Origin: Lepidodermella squamata
Lineage: Eukaryota > Animalia > Gastrotricha
Direction: 5' to 3'
Length of the DNA: 64,000 bases
Assembly (NCBI GenBank): GCA_047495785.1
Contig: JBLDXI010000043.1
Span: 248,001 to 312,000, forward strand
Position numbers and translations under genes: made by a program. The notes under the pieces were generated by a model. It made no database searches. It was given only the letters and a program-made list of their open reading frames with translations, and was not told the origin of the DNA. This document shows positions 37,906 through 50,321 of this stretch, piece by piece. The first letter of the stretch is position 1. Each line of letters opens with the position of its first letter.

Positions 37906-40621
37906 ATGCATATTTCTCAAATAATTGTCTTACTGATTGAGTGTGTCGTGCCAGCTCTCGCTCAGAAAACCTACAATCTATCGCTGTTGGCGCTGATGGG
38001 GTTCACCGGGAATCCACCAGCAACAGGCGTGGCCTGTAAAATCGCCTCTGATATAGCTGTTAACGCCGTGAACAATCAATCGGAGATTCTACCAGACTAT
38101 CGCATCGCCATTCAATACGAGGATGAAAATGGTGGGAATCTTGCAGCCAGGGTGGGAGTAAGCTACAGTCGCAGTTACGAAAACCAACAGCAAAAAACAA
38201 ATGCATTTCAATCGCCTGTCATTGTTGGTCCGAACTTTTCGAACGGATGCAAGATTCTTGGCCCGGCTTTGCACGAAATCAACTCAGTAGGTGTCACTAG
38301 AGCGTGCTCAGCTTCGTTTCTAACTGATCGAAATATTTATCGCAATTTGTACCTGATGCGATCAACAGGTGGGTTTGTCACGTTCGCTCAAATGCGTTTC
38401 ATTAAGGATGTTGGAAAATGGCAGCGGATTGGAATCATAACGAACGTAGGCAGTGTTTCTGACTACACATCAGCCGCGATTCTACAACGCCTCGCCCTCG
38501 ACCAGGGAAATGTCTCGGTGCCATATTTCGACATAGTAGCTGAAATGGATGACGAGTACTTTGTGGCGATGAAGAAAAGCGATGTCAGGGTTTTTGTTAT
38601 CACTACAGCAATAGGACGGCTTGTTTGGAGGTTTTTTTGTCAAGCTCACAAATTCGGCATAACTGGGCCGAGGTACGCCTTCATTCTCTTAGGAATAGTT
38701 TTCAGCGACCCCACAACCCTGCCGGACCCGGTGGTGCCGCAATGCCGTCGAGCTGTGGTAACTGAGCAAATGAAGGTAAATTAAGCTTACAAATAACTTC
38801 TTATTCTCATGAAAATCAATAACTGAACTGTAAAATGAAAGCGCTAAAAATATAGATAATCTTTGTCATATTGTAATATTCTGGATTCTGGATAACTTAA
38901 AAGGAGTTCAAAGGTCGTTCTAAGGATCCTCTCAGATTATCAATTTTTTGGATAGACATCAGCTTCAATGGTATTCAACACTTTTCTTTCATAATTGGGA
39001 AATCTAACCTGCGATGCGTGCCTCCGTTTTCACCAAATAGTATCAAAACAAGTCTTAGACAATCCTCCTACCGGTTCCTTCCTGGTCTAATTTCTTTATT
39101 TTTGAAATATTTTCACAGCACGCATTTTGGACTGCTCCGATTCTATCCACTATGGAGCCAAGGGCAAAAATTGTATTAGGCTACAATTTGTTGGAATTCG
39201 ACGCCTTATTCGATCGATTTGCAAATAACACCCGACCTGTTGACTATGAACAACGCGTTACCTGTCATGACAACATCCTACAGGCTGTCTTAACACTTCA
39301 CGAGTCCGAGAAAGTTCTAAAAACACAGAATCTATCACTCCGCAATATGCGAGACCAACCTGAACGCGTAATGCAAATCGTAAACAAAACAGCACTTTCC
39401 ATCGATTATTTAGGACTGAGAATGGGTAGGCTAAAGTACAATGATAGAGGAGAGGTCGATGGGGACGTATTGATGGTCAGCCAGTGGACACCAACCTCGG
39501 GATATCAGATCTTGTATACAGTCAACCAATATCCTAATACCTCAGCGTACTCTCTTTCGAGCTACTGGATGAAGAAATATCGCGAGCCTACATGGCAAAC
39601 TCGAAATGGTGAGCCACCCAGAGATAGAGCCAATGTAAAACAAGAAATTGACGAGATTTCAAAAGAGATCATCTACATTATTGGCCCAATAACTACTTTA
39701 GTAAGCCTAGTGCAGATTGCGGGAATCTCCAAAATTATCCGGATGGAAAAATCGGATCCTCAAGGATTTTACAAGTCGAAGTTCATTGGAATGATAGGGG
39801 CATTACTTTTGAATGCTGCTGCGATTGTGTTCGCGCTGCAAACTTCACTATCGCCTCTACTTCTTTGGAAACTGAGACTAGTCTTGTTAGTTCTGAGCTT
39901 CGGACTTGTGAATGGGACTCTGAACCTACGACCATTCTTCATAGCGCAAAAAACCAGGAAGAAAGGAACGTCTTCAAAGGTAACTTCTGCAGACGATGGT
40001 CAAATTTTTTCAGTTCCACACGGTAGCCCTGTTTCCACACGGGGGACAGCAATGCGGGTGATAAACCTTAAGACTAATTTCGACGAACATGGAAGATTCC
40101 GCCCAGCGTCTAACATGGCATTTGCACATGTGAAACAGATTGATTTAAAAGGAAAGGATGATTTGAGTTTTTCCTGGGTCCTAATTTTCGCGCTGGTTAA
40201 CGCTGCTCTCGTTGGATTCTGGTTACTTGGTGATCCTCTGATGTGTGCCGTCGAGACCGAAGCTCCGGAATACATCGATGAGGATGATTTGATAATTGAA
40301 ACTTCTTTTTGGTTTTGTGGATCCGGGGCAAATCATTCGAAATGGCTCGCGTCTATTCTAGCTCTCAATGCTGCCCTTCTGTTGGTTGGTTGCATCTTCA
40401 CTTTGAGATTGAAATTCAATAGAAGAGCAACTGTTCCTGAGATAAAGCAAATGTCTCTTGGTTTGGCGAATTTCGCGTTGATTCTCGTCGGTAGCATTCT
40501 CATTGTTGCTGCTGTTGATGACATTGTTGCTCAGGAGATCACTATAGCTATCGCCCTCATGTTCATTTCGGCTACAACATCTGCATTTTGGCTCTACCCT
40601 CTTTATGCCGAAATTCAATAG
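37906..40621 (+). CDS. Class C GPCR, GABA-B-like, copy 7 (exons 37906-38775, 39119-40621; ~790 aa)
   Basis: Signal peptide MHISQIIVLL, donor AAG|GTAAAT, acceptor CACAG|CAC. VFT plus 7TM. Confidence 0.92.
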
Positions 40622-41170
40622 ATGACTAACTAGAAGCCTCTTAAGTATTGACAAAGTAACGTGACGTGATGGTATATTGTTAGGTATAAAGATAGGTTAA
40701 GCAGATGTGTTGCTATCTATTGTTTTCATGTTCCCGTATTCACAGAGACTCGACTTTCGGCATTACTTTCGGCGTAAGAGTATCGATCGATGCCCTTTTT
40801 GATTGCAATTTATTAATGATGTTGCGTGCGGATGGAGCACATTTAAAAGGGAGGAATCCCACTTTCCTGCATTCCTTTCATGCAGGTAAGGGTGGATGAT
40901 GCGATGCGCACGTTCGGACTTATCACATCGCATTGGAATCAATGCACAAACAACGATTTGATCCACAATTTTCGAATAAAATGTCCTTGACGTCTGGCGG
41001 AACATTTGCTTCTACATGATGTAAAAGAAGTGGGCACTCACTTTTTGTGCTTTCGGATGTAAATCCCCGCAGCATCGTATTTTCCGGTTCAGCCGAGCAA
41101 CGCTCTCATATAATCACTGGAAAGACTGAACTCGGGTGAAAGGAGAATGTTTTTGAAAAAACTACCACCT

Positions 41171-43586
41171 ATGATGAAGTTCGTTTCTTTTGTGACGGCT
41201 TTTCTTTGCGTCGTTGCTGCCAGAAAGCCATTTGATATTTCGCTGCTAACGCTCGTGCCCATCTCTGGCTTTCCACCGGCAACTGGTCAATCCTGTATCA
41301 TCGCCTCGCAAATCGTGGTCGATGTGGCGAATAACCTAACCGACTTCCTAAGCGACTATAACGTGAACATGCAAGTCTAGGACGAGGTATCAGGCAGCTT
41401 AGTACCTCAACTTGGTGTACGTTTTGCGCGAAGTTTCGAAGGCAACCAGCGTCTGAATGAAATTCAATCGCCTGTCATGGCCGCATCAGGCTCCACGGCT
41501 AGCTGTAAAGCTTTTGGGGCGGCATTACATTATGTTGACTCGATATTTCTGTCGAGAACTTGCGTCTCACTCTTCCTATCTGACCGCAGGATTTACCCGA
41601 ATTTGTATATGATGCGGTCGACTAGTAACATCCTAAACTACGCCAAGCTTCGTTTCATCAAAGAAATCGGCAATTGGCGCCGATTCGGAATCATCGCCAA
41701 CGCTGCGGCTGTCGGGGACTTTACTGCTGCCGCTCATTTTCAAACAATTGCTTCAGAACAGGGAAATGTATCCGTTACCTACTTCGACTTGGCTCCTGAA
41801 ATGGATGAGGATTATTTCGCGGCAATGAAGCAGGCTGATGTTAGGGTTCTCGTCATTCGTGCTTCTGCTGGACGGTTGACTTGGCGAGCTTTGTGTCAGG
41901 CTTAAAAATTTGGCATGACCGGACCTCGATATGCTTTCATACTTCTAAGCATGATTTACAGTGATCCGTCGCTACTTAGCGATCCTGTACTGCCGGATTG
42001 CCGCAAAGCTTTTGTTATCGAGCAAATGAAGGTGAGGAAGCTTTCTTTATTTTAGATTGTAGAAGTTACTCCAAGAAACACTATAATTCTAAGAAATTTT
42101 ACACTAACTGAATATATTCCAGCATTCCTTCTGGGCTGGTTCGCTTCAAACAACATTTGCACCAAGCACAAAAGTCGCATTAGGCTACAATCTACCAGAA
42201 TTCGACGCAATGTTCGACCAGTACGCGAAAGGTAAACGCCCTATCGACTATGAACAAAGAATTCCATGCCACGACAGCACACTTCAAGCTCTAGTCACCC
42301 TACACGAGTCGGAAATCCGCTTGAAACGCCTCAACCTATCGTTGCGCAACATGAGGGACCAACCTCGACGCGTGATGCGGATTGTGAATGAAACAGCTTT
42401 TTCTATTGATTACCTCGGGTTCAGAATGGGCCGCTTGAAGTACAACAGCCAGGGAGAGGTAGATGGTGATATCTTGACAATCAGCCATTGGTCACCCAAT
42501 GCAGGTCTTCGAATTTTGGCTACCTACCAGCAGTATCCTAACATGTCGGCCTACTCTTACGAGAGTTATTCAACAAAAAAGTACCACACTTTGCCGTGGC
42601 AAACTAGCGACGGAAACCCACCGCGAGACGGGTTCGAAGTTCAAGTCTTAATTCGCGAAATTCCTGAAGGTCTAGCTTATGCTATCGGTACTTTTTAATT
42701 TTTGGTTACTATCTTTCAAGCCGTCGGATTCTACAGACTAGCATATGGTGCGAGCAAAGATTCGATGAAACTGAGCCTGCGAAAAATGCAGATTTTAGGC
42801 TTTTTTGGAGCTTTCTCGATGAATCTCGCATCGATCCTATTCTCCGTTCAAACTTCATTGTCTCCATTGTTGATTTGGAACTTGAGACTCGTCCTAATCA
42901 CTGTAGGATTTGGCCTAATGATTGGCTCTTTGAGCTTGAGGCCTATTTTCCTGTCATGGAAGTTGAGCAAGGTCCAATACCTTGTTAGAGCAACAACGCC
43001 GATGGCTACGAGGCGATTCGTAACTACAAAAAATCAAAAAGTTGAAAACATTTTGATGCGTCCGATCATGAAGGGCACAGATTCGCCTGTCAATCGAACA
43101 GCCGATGCCGTTGATTTCAAAGTCATTGATGACCTTGCTACAGCGTGGGCGTTCAACTACATCGTAATTCATGCCGCCGTTGTAGCAATCTGGCTATTGG
43201 GCGATCCTATGCAGTGTCACACGGTTAGCGAATCACCGATATATTATGAAGCAGAAGATTTGCTTGTTGAGGCATTTCATTGGGTTTGCCGTTCTGCCAT
43301 GAGTCACTCCGCGTGGATTTATGGGCTCTTGTCCATCAACACTGTGATTCTCGTTATCGGAGCAATCTCAGCTCTGAAGCTGCGACACCTTGGATTAAAA
43401 GACGCGATTACCGACCGGAACAGCATTTCACTTGGATTAGCTAATTTCGCGGTAATTTTCATTGGCGGTGTTCTTATAGTCGCTGCATTGGGGGAAGTCG
43501 TGGCCCAAGAAATCGCCATTTCATTCACACTGCTAATCGCTTCTGCTACGACATCGGCCACTTGGCTCATTCGTCCCCGCTCTTAG
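41171..43586 (+). pseudogene. Class C GPCR, GABA-B-like, copy 8; three in-frame stops (exons 41171-42031, 42123-43586)
   Basis: Full-length colinear paralog with intact splice sites and no frameshift. TAG at 41378-41380, TAA at 41903-41905, TAA at 42696-42698. Confidence 0.85.
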
Positions 43587-44000
43587 CTAAATATCTGACA
43601 ATAACAGTGGAACGACTCTTTATAATCTTATACTCGAATTTTTTTTATCGATCCTCGTGCTTTTAATGTTATAATTTTCAATGCTTCTCTATCGCACTCA
43701 AACTGATGAGTACTGCAAATATTGGAGAGATCCATTATAGTCTCTTCTTTATACTGTTAATACTACAATCCAAGAAATTGGTTAGGGTCCTATCCTAAAC
43801 TCATCTTGTCCATTAGAAATGTTCGCCGAGATGAAGGAATGGCTCATGACCGCTTTATCTATCAACAATTTTCCCAGTGTTCCTCTGCGGCTATGTTTCC
43901 AAATACAAATTCCTTCGCTGAATCATAAGCGCGAGGCTAAAGCAGGAAGGACTTCGTGCACTTACGGCAAGCTTGATTCGAGTATTCAGCCGGAAATGTT

Positions 44001-44045
44001 AACATCTCGCTCAGTAACAGTTAAGCAGACAGTTTCCGGCGAGTC
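44001..44045 (+). pseudogene. Short remnant of a third three-finger gene
   Basis: SRSVTVKQTVSGE matches CRSVTVNRTVSGK in the neighbouring gene, at both DNA and protein level. Confidence 0.5.
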
Positions 44046-44550
44046 ATGTTTGTCGAATAATTATCGGAATACCCCGCCACGGACTAGAGCAAATACTAAG
44101 GCTTTTTGATAATGAAAGGATACGCCAGATGCCATTTTTTCCGAAGCAGACATTTTTAACGTCTCTTCTGCATTCAGTACTTATGGGTCTTTCGCTGAAA
44201 AATCAAAAGACAGAAAATGGAAGACAAATTAGTTGATGCTTTCCATTTCCTGTATTTTCGTCTCGATACGAACAGCAACGCTACATGTTCTGGAAGTAAA
44301 TCTGAAAAATAGAGTTATGCAATTTAGAGGCTTTTAAGGCAATTAAAACCACTTTCAATACTATTTTCTTTCCTATAGCTTGTTTGAAGGAAATGCATGC
44401 ATTCCTGATATGTAGGTCAGTTATTGTCACCTGTCGAGAGGCCATATGATATGCAAGACTGATTGAACACAAATAACTCATCATAAGCTAAGCTAATCAT
44501 AAATTTAGTCCAGGCCGCGAGAAATAGGCTGAAAATAAGGCTTTGAGACA

Positions 44551-45021
44551 ATGCCGTGTAGACCTGTGTTAAACCTGATCGGGTTAGCAGCATTTTTCAT
44601 TGCAGCTGCAGGTAGGTAAATTATTTATTACTGCTATATATAAAATGTTGAAATAATCAAAGGAGCTATCAAGTGTTACCAGGGCAATGTTGATGTGGGC
44701 TACAAGTTCCATACTGTAGCCGAAAACTGCGAGTCGTGCCGATCTGTAACAGTCAATCGGACAGTTTCTGGCAAAACAACTGTATCGGAGATGAAGCGCG
44801 AATGCTTGACCACATCTATCAGCAAGTACAGCTGTACTCTGGCGAGCGAAACGACAAATGGAGTCACGTTATCGACGGATGACTGCTCCTGCAGCTGGGA
44901 TTTCTGCAATTGCCCAGGCGTTTTGGCTTCTCCGTGCAATCGCGGCGTTACAGCAGAAGCGTATAGCATGACTATGGGTTTATCCGCTGGATTTTATGCT
45001 TCGATAAGACTGCTTTGCTAA
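44551..45021 (+). CDS. Ly6/uPAR three-finger protein A, probable GPI anchor (exons 44551-44611, 44663-45021; 139 aa)
   Basis: Signal-peptide exon, 51-nt phase-1 intron, AIKCYQG...CESC...C...C...CSCSWDFCN, then a hydrophobic tail. The acceptor is AAG (weaker). Confidence 0.78.
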
Positions 45022-45955
45022 TAAAATCGGTTAATTCAATCAACAATGATCATTTTTTCGAAGTTTGAAGTTTTCGAGGCTGAGTAATGAGTTCGAACTC
45101 CAGCAAAACATGACGGATGACGGATAGCTGAAAATTGGAAACATTGGAAACATCGCTGACATATTCAACGGGATAAGCTGTTTGTCTGAGTAAGATTGTC
45201 GAAGGCATCGTGAATGATCTGTCTATCATCTATCACATGAGCTATGAAGTGGCATGCGAATGTCTGGCCCCATAGCAAGGAATTCGGCTTTTTTCACGAA
45301 TATGTTGCCCATTTATTCCTATCTGACAGTAAATCGTTGGTTTGCAATTATTAGAATTTTTGTGAAAAAGTTTGGAATCTTCGATATCAGAAGCTGCAAG
45401 TTAGGGCAGCTATTCCTGCGACATAGAAAATAACTAGTTTCGGTGCACTTATTATTCGGTGCATTTAATACTATTACGCACCATTCGGAGATAATTGTTC
45501 ATGAATGGTCGTAATCTATTCCGTGTGTTATCTCGCTATTTTTTGCATATCAGAAAATAGTATATATACACACACACACATTTAACAAATCATGATCAAT
45601 TATCTGGTTCTCACTTCGTGCACAGAAATCATTCAGTTACAGAGATTTCACCACTTATTTCCCGATACCCGATACGCACACATTTTAGATTTAACGATCA
45701 ATTTTCAATTGAATAGACCAGCTAATGCAATTCTTGGAGTGATTTTTCTTCAAAACTTGAGGGCCTTCACGTCATTGATCGTCGAGGGGTATTTCGATCG
45801 TTGATTTATGATCTCTACATTTAGCTAAAAATATGCGCGCAAAAAATTAGAAATTCGAATTTTAATTTCAATTTTTAATTCATTCTCTCCGGTAATATAA
45901 TGCCTTTTATTGCCTCCTTTTTCCTCCTGTTTAACCGAATCTTATTTTTAATAGA

Positions 45956-47904
45956 ATGATGCAAAGAATTATCCGATCAGTGAGCCGGCGCGTCCAGCCA
46001 GCCATTTTGGCTAGATCGTTCGACAGACCGTCAAAGCCATTTCGCCCGTTGATTCAGCAAGCCGCAACATTCCATCTACCCACCTCAGTAACCTTCGCTC
46101 AACGCCCTGCCGCGCTCGATCCTAAACAGCAACAAGCGTTATGGGACGCAGTTATGGACGGCGATTTGGATGTGGTGAAGAATTTACTCATAGGCCGCAA
46201 TGTCGATATTGACAACACAGCAGCAGGGGCGTCTCTTCTCATGTCAGCAGCTTTCCGAGGCCATTTCACAGTGGCAGAGGCCTTGTTGAAAGCTGGAGCT
46301 TCCGTCGACGTAGCGACTGAAAAGTTGGGCAAGACAGCCCTGCACGCCGCGGCTGTGACTGGCAAAATCGATGTTATCCAGCTGTTGGTGGGCAAGTACG
46401 GGGCGGATGTTAATTTGCCGATGAAAAATGGCACGACTGCGTTGTTCATCGCTGCGCAGAACGGCCACTTTGATGCGGCAGATCTGCTGGCTGGCGAGTT
46501 CAAGGCGAAGGTCGATTTGGCTGGCGAGATGGGTGCAACGCCACTCTTCATCGCGGCGAATCGTGGTCATGTCGAAATCGTAAATTTGCTTGCAGGTAAG
46601 AGATCACATTGCTATTCTAAAAGAAATATTTTTAAATTGTGGGATTCAGCGGTTTTGAGGACTTTGGGATTTGTTTTTGAAATGTATAACCCACCTTCCC
46701 TCCACGCCCGGTAAAAATGAATGAAACAACTACTTCAAGCTCAGTTTTCAGGGAAGAATCCCAAATCCTCGAATTATCCAAAATTCTCGAACAATTCTAG
46801 CTAAAAACGGCTTTGCAGTCTAAGCGGTCTGAAAATTTTGAAATATTTGCTTAATCTTCAGGAATTTTGTTGTAGCTGAAATCCTTTGTGGCTAATAAGT
46901 CGGAACAGAATTGGATCTCGGGAAGGAACAATGATTGCTTTTCTGGCCTATTCATTCAGCATCGGAGCTTTTTCTGTGTGACACCTCGTTATAAATAATT
47001 TTAAAATTGGCTAGTGGTGGAAGGCAAGGATTCACTTGTCCTCTGCCAGTTCCAGGCTCGCTTCTGTGGTTGGAATATGGAACCAGAAAGGGACTTGATC
47101 CGAAAAGCTTGATATGAGTTGGGCTTCGAAAAGTTGAAATTTCAGAAATTTCAGAAATATCAGAAATAACCGAATTTTCAGGAGATTCATTGTTAGACAA
47201 GCCGTGGTGTCGAACTCTAATTGTTGGGAATGCACCGAGCACTTAACTGACCTGTTTCAGCTTTTTGTAATGAATTTCTTTCTCGTTATTAACAGCCTCA
47301 GATTCAAATCTGGCAGACTTTAGTCATCTTTGTATTGCAAGAAATCAATTCACCCATCCGTTTTTTTCAATTCAAAGGTAAATACAAAGCGAACGTTGAA
47401 GCTTGTGCGAAAGACGGAACTACGCCATTGTACGCCGCTGCTCAGAATGGCCACATCATGGTCGTCTACCTGTTGCTCAACGACTTTAAAGCTAAGGTTG
47501 ATGCTCCTTCAATCGACGGCACAACGCCACTGATCGTCGCAGCTCAGAATGGTCACATCGAAGTTGTAAAGTTACTCGCAGAAAACGGGGCGAAAATCGA
47601 AGCTCAAAACATGAAAGGCTGGACGCCGTTGATGGCAGCTGCTAGAAACGGCCATCTTCCAACAATCAAAGTGTTGTACTCTGATTTCAAGGCTGACGTT
47701 AAAGCTGTGATGAAAAACGGCGCGACAGCGTTGCATTTCGCGGCTTTCAACGGCCATGCTGATACTGTGAAGTTTTTAGCTGAAAATGGCGCCGATGTCA
47801 ATGCGAGGGACGAAGCTGGAGCTACCCCGTTGAGTCTGGCCGAATATGAAAAACATGCTGAAATCGCTAAAATGCTCACTGAAACTTTTAAAGCTGAACT
47901 ATGA
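45956..47904 (+). CDS. Ankyrin-repeat protein with Arg-rich N-terminal presequence (exons 45956-46595, 47378-47904; 388 aa)
   Basis: About ten G.T(P/A)L..AA..GH..VV..LL repeats. The phase-1 intron joins LLAG to KYKANV. Confidence 0.88.
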
Positions 47905-48777
47905 TATGGTGAACTGCATAAATATGAAGAAGAATAAAAAACAAGTTCGATTTTTAAACTGCATGCATCCAAGTTATAAAGGCACATTTTCAGGTCCCGT
48001 TTTATGGTTCTTCAACACAGATGAATATATAAGATATACGATGCTCCCGCGTTAAAGGCACCCTTTTTATAAGACCGTTTCCTTATCGAGGGCTGTTTAC
48101 GATCGGAAGAGGATTAGCGCCCCACATGGTGCCAATTGTTTGCTTTTTCGTAATAAATGTACGGCACCCTTGTTAAAAGCACCCCTGGTTTAAAGAACGG
48201 GTCCGGCTCCCGACCCAGTGTTATTATCGAAGGAGCACTGTAACAGGTCTAGAAATTTTAAGGGGCTCTTGTTCGCTAACTATAACTTTCGCTACATCGT
48301 TAATGGCAACCTCTGAACCGTGTTAGTTCTTAGGCTATTATGTTCGAAATCATATGTGTGATTTTTTCAATCAAGACGAATTTTTACTATCTTAATTTTT
48401 TCAAATTACACGATTCCCAGCTGGAAAATCATGGGGAAATCAACTTCAACAGGCTCACAAGGTCACTTAAACCCATCTTATGCGTTCAATTAATTCAACT
48501 TCAATTCGTGACGATTCGGGAATTCCAATGAATGACAATACTCCACGCGTAATACATCTCTTCTACAGGGTAAGTTAATAGTAACTTTTTATCTCACTGA
48601 CAGCGAATGCGCCGTAATACCTGACCGCCGTGGGGCCGCTCCCAGCCCCTCGCCTTTCCCCTTATACTACTCTTTTATCTTACGTCTAAATTGACCTAAT
48701 TGCAATGGGCGTATCGTTTATAAATCCTCTTTTTCGACATTTTCTGCTTAGTACTAACGCATATATATTCAGAATCT

Positions 48778-48900
48778 CATTATCGCTATTTTTTGCTTTC
48801 GTGATACGATAGTTTTATTGGCACACATTTACGCTGCAGTTATCTTAATTATTTCTTTTCAGCCACAGTCAAATCACGATTGCGCAGAGCTCAAATTAAT
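48778..48900. repeat. Dispersed repeat family (copy at ~55586-55720; partial at ~45531)
   Basis: Shared TTATCGCTATTTTTTGCTTT.GTGATAC, ACACATTTACGCTGCA, AGTCAAA.CACG and GCAGAGC blocks. Confidence 0.7.
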
Positions 48901-49487
48901 ATATTTCTGCTATCGAACATGCAACCATGCGTCTTCGCCTGAAAACGGGGGTTGGGTACGCGATCCCATCTGGCCCACATGAGGATGGGTCCGTTGCGTG
49001 GTTCCTCGTATGACTAACAGCCACGGCCACGCTGAAGGATCACTTTGAGTGGTCCGGCCAGCGTGGTTCTTAGCCTGTACCCGAATAATATAAATACCGT
49101 ATATACCAACCCAGTTTGCGAAGTATCGAGGGTGCCGGGGAGTACCTCGAGAATCCCACTCAAGAAAACCCAAAGAAACCACAGGGGAGGGACGCTTTGG
49201 TCAGACAAATTCGGGGCTGAAAATGCCCAAGCATACCCCACCTAGAAGATCCTAATTCATCAATTGCTTAAACCCTATTTCGGACAGCCTAATTATTGAT
49301 AGGGCAAAAGCGTGTTATGAGGTGATTCATCGTATTATTTTCGATCTTTCACCCTAATTATCTCTAGTTGACGTTCTGGCTATATACGTCCCATGTTGAC
49401 AGGGTCATTTAATATGCAAGACTGAACTTGTACATAAAAAAATCATCACTATTCTGCCTAGGTCGCGTATCACAAGTCTTTCAGACA

Positions 49488-49955
49488 ATGTCTAACCATG
49501 CTTTTAAAGTTATCTGGTTTTCTGCATGCGCAATTGCTGCTGCAGGTAAAAGTATCATCGATATTTTTCAAAAATTCCGTTAAAATCTATTTACAGGAGC
49601 TATCAAGTGTTACCAGGGTGTTTACGATTTTAACAAGACCCCGCCCGTATTTGACAACTGCCAGGGATGCCGAGCTCTAACTGTCAACACGACAGTTTCC
49701 GGCCAGACAACTGTGGATATGACACTCGAATGCTTGAACACGGCAGGCATCATGTTCGGTTGTACTACGTCTAGCAAAACGATAAGTGGAGGCAGGACAA
49801 CGACGGAAGATCGCATCTGCAGTTTCAACCTGTGCAACAACCCGGTGGACGTTTTATCTAATCCGTGCAGTCCTAATCATGGTGTTACAGCGGCTCCGAA
49901 TATGATCGCGATGATTTTATTCGCAGGATTTTCGGCTTCGATTGGATTGCTTTAA
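49488..49955 (+). CDS. Ly6/uPAR three-finger protein B, probable GPI anchor (exons 49488-49545, 49597-49955; 138 aa)
   Basis: Paralog of gene A: the same 51-nt intron position, AIKCYQG...CQGC...ICSFNLCN, and a hydrophobic C-terminus. The upstream ATATGCAAGACTGA motif is shared. Confidence 0.82.
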
Positions 49956-50321
49956 TTGCTGATAAGCATGCTGCATGCTTATGAACTGTGATCATGTTAT
50001 TAAAAATGTTTCAGTTTTTTGGTCCTGCCGCTGAAAATTTGTGAATGGCTGGTTTTTATTCAAAATTAAAAGCTCGCATGAAATTGTTTTATTTTCAATA
50101 AATCTTGAATTTTTTTCGCCTTCAAGTTGCTTCCCAAATTACTATATTCCGTTCAAAAGGCTAAAAAATTGCCGCCAGCTGTAGCCTAGCGTTCTCAGCC
50201 ATTCTTGGAGAAAAGGAGAATTCGGCTACTTCGTCTATCCTTCGTCATAGTCTTGAAAGTGTTTTCACGCTCTTCCTGAATTCTTCAAGAGATACAGTTT
50301 TTGCAGGTAGCGAAAATTGGA

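Noticed and set aside
41378-42698. Alternative genetic code (TAA/TAG reassigned)
   Set aside because: Intact paralogs terminate at TAG, TAA and TGA, and the three stops align to different amino acids.
2294-43586. Naming the receptors GABBR1/GABBR2
   Set aside because: They have no coiled-coil tail, altered binding-site segments and a lineage-specific expansion, so orthology is unsupported.
49030-49225. Hammerhead ribozyme, or RNase P/MRP or SRP RNA
   Set aside because: The CTGAAG plus hairpin is not followed by GAAA. A CGGGGCT motif has no matching 5' P4 strand, and no SRP helix-8 motif was found.
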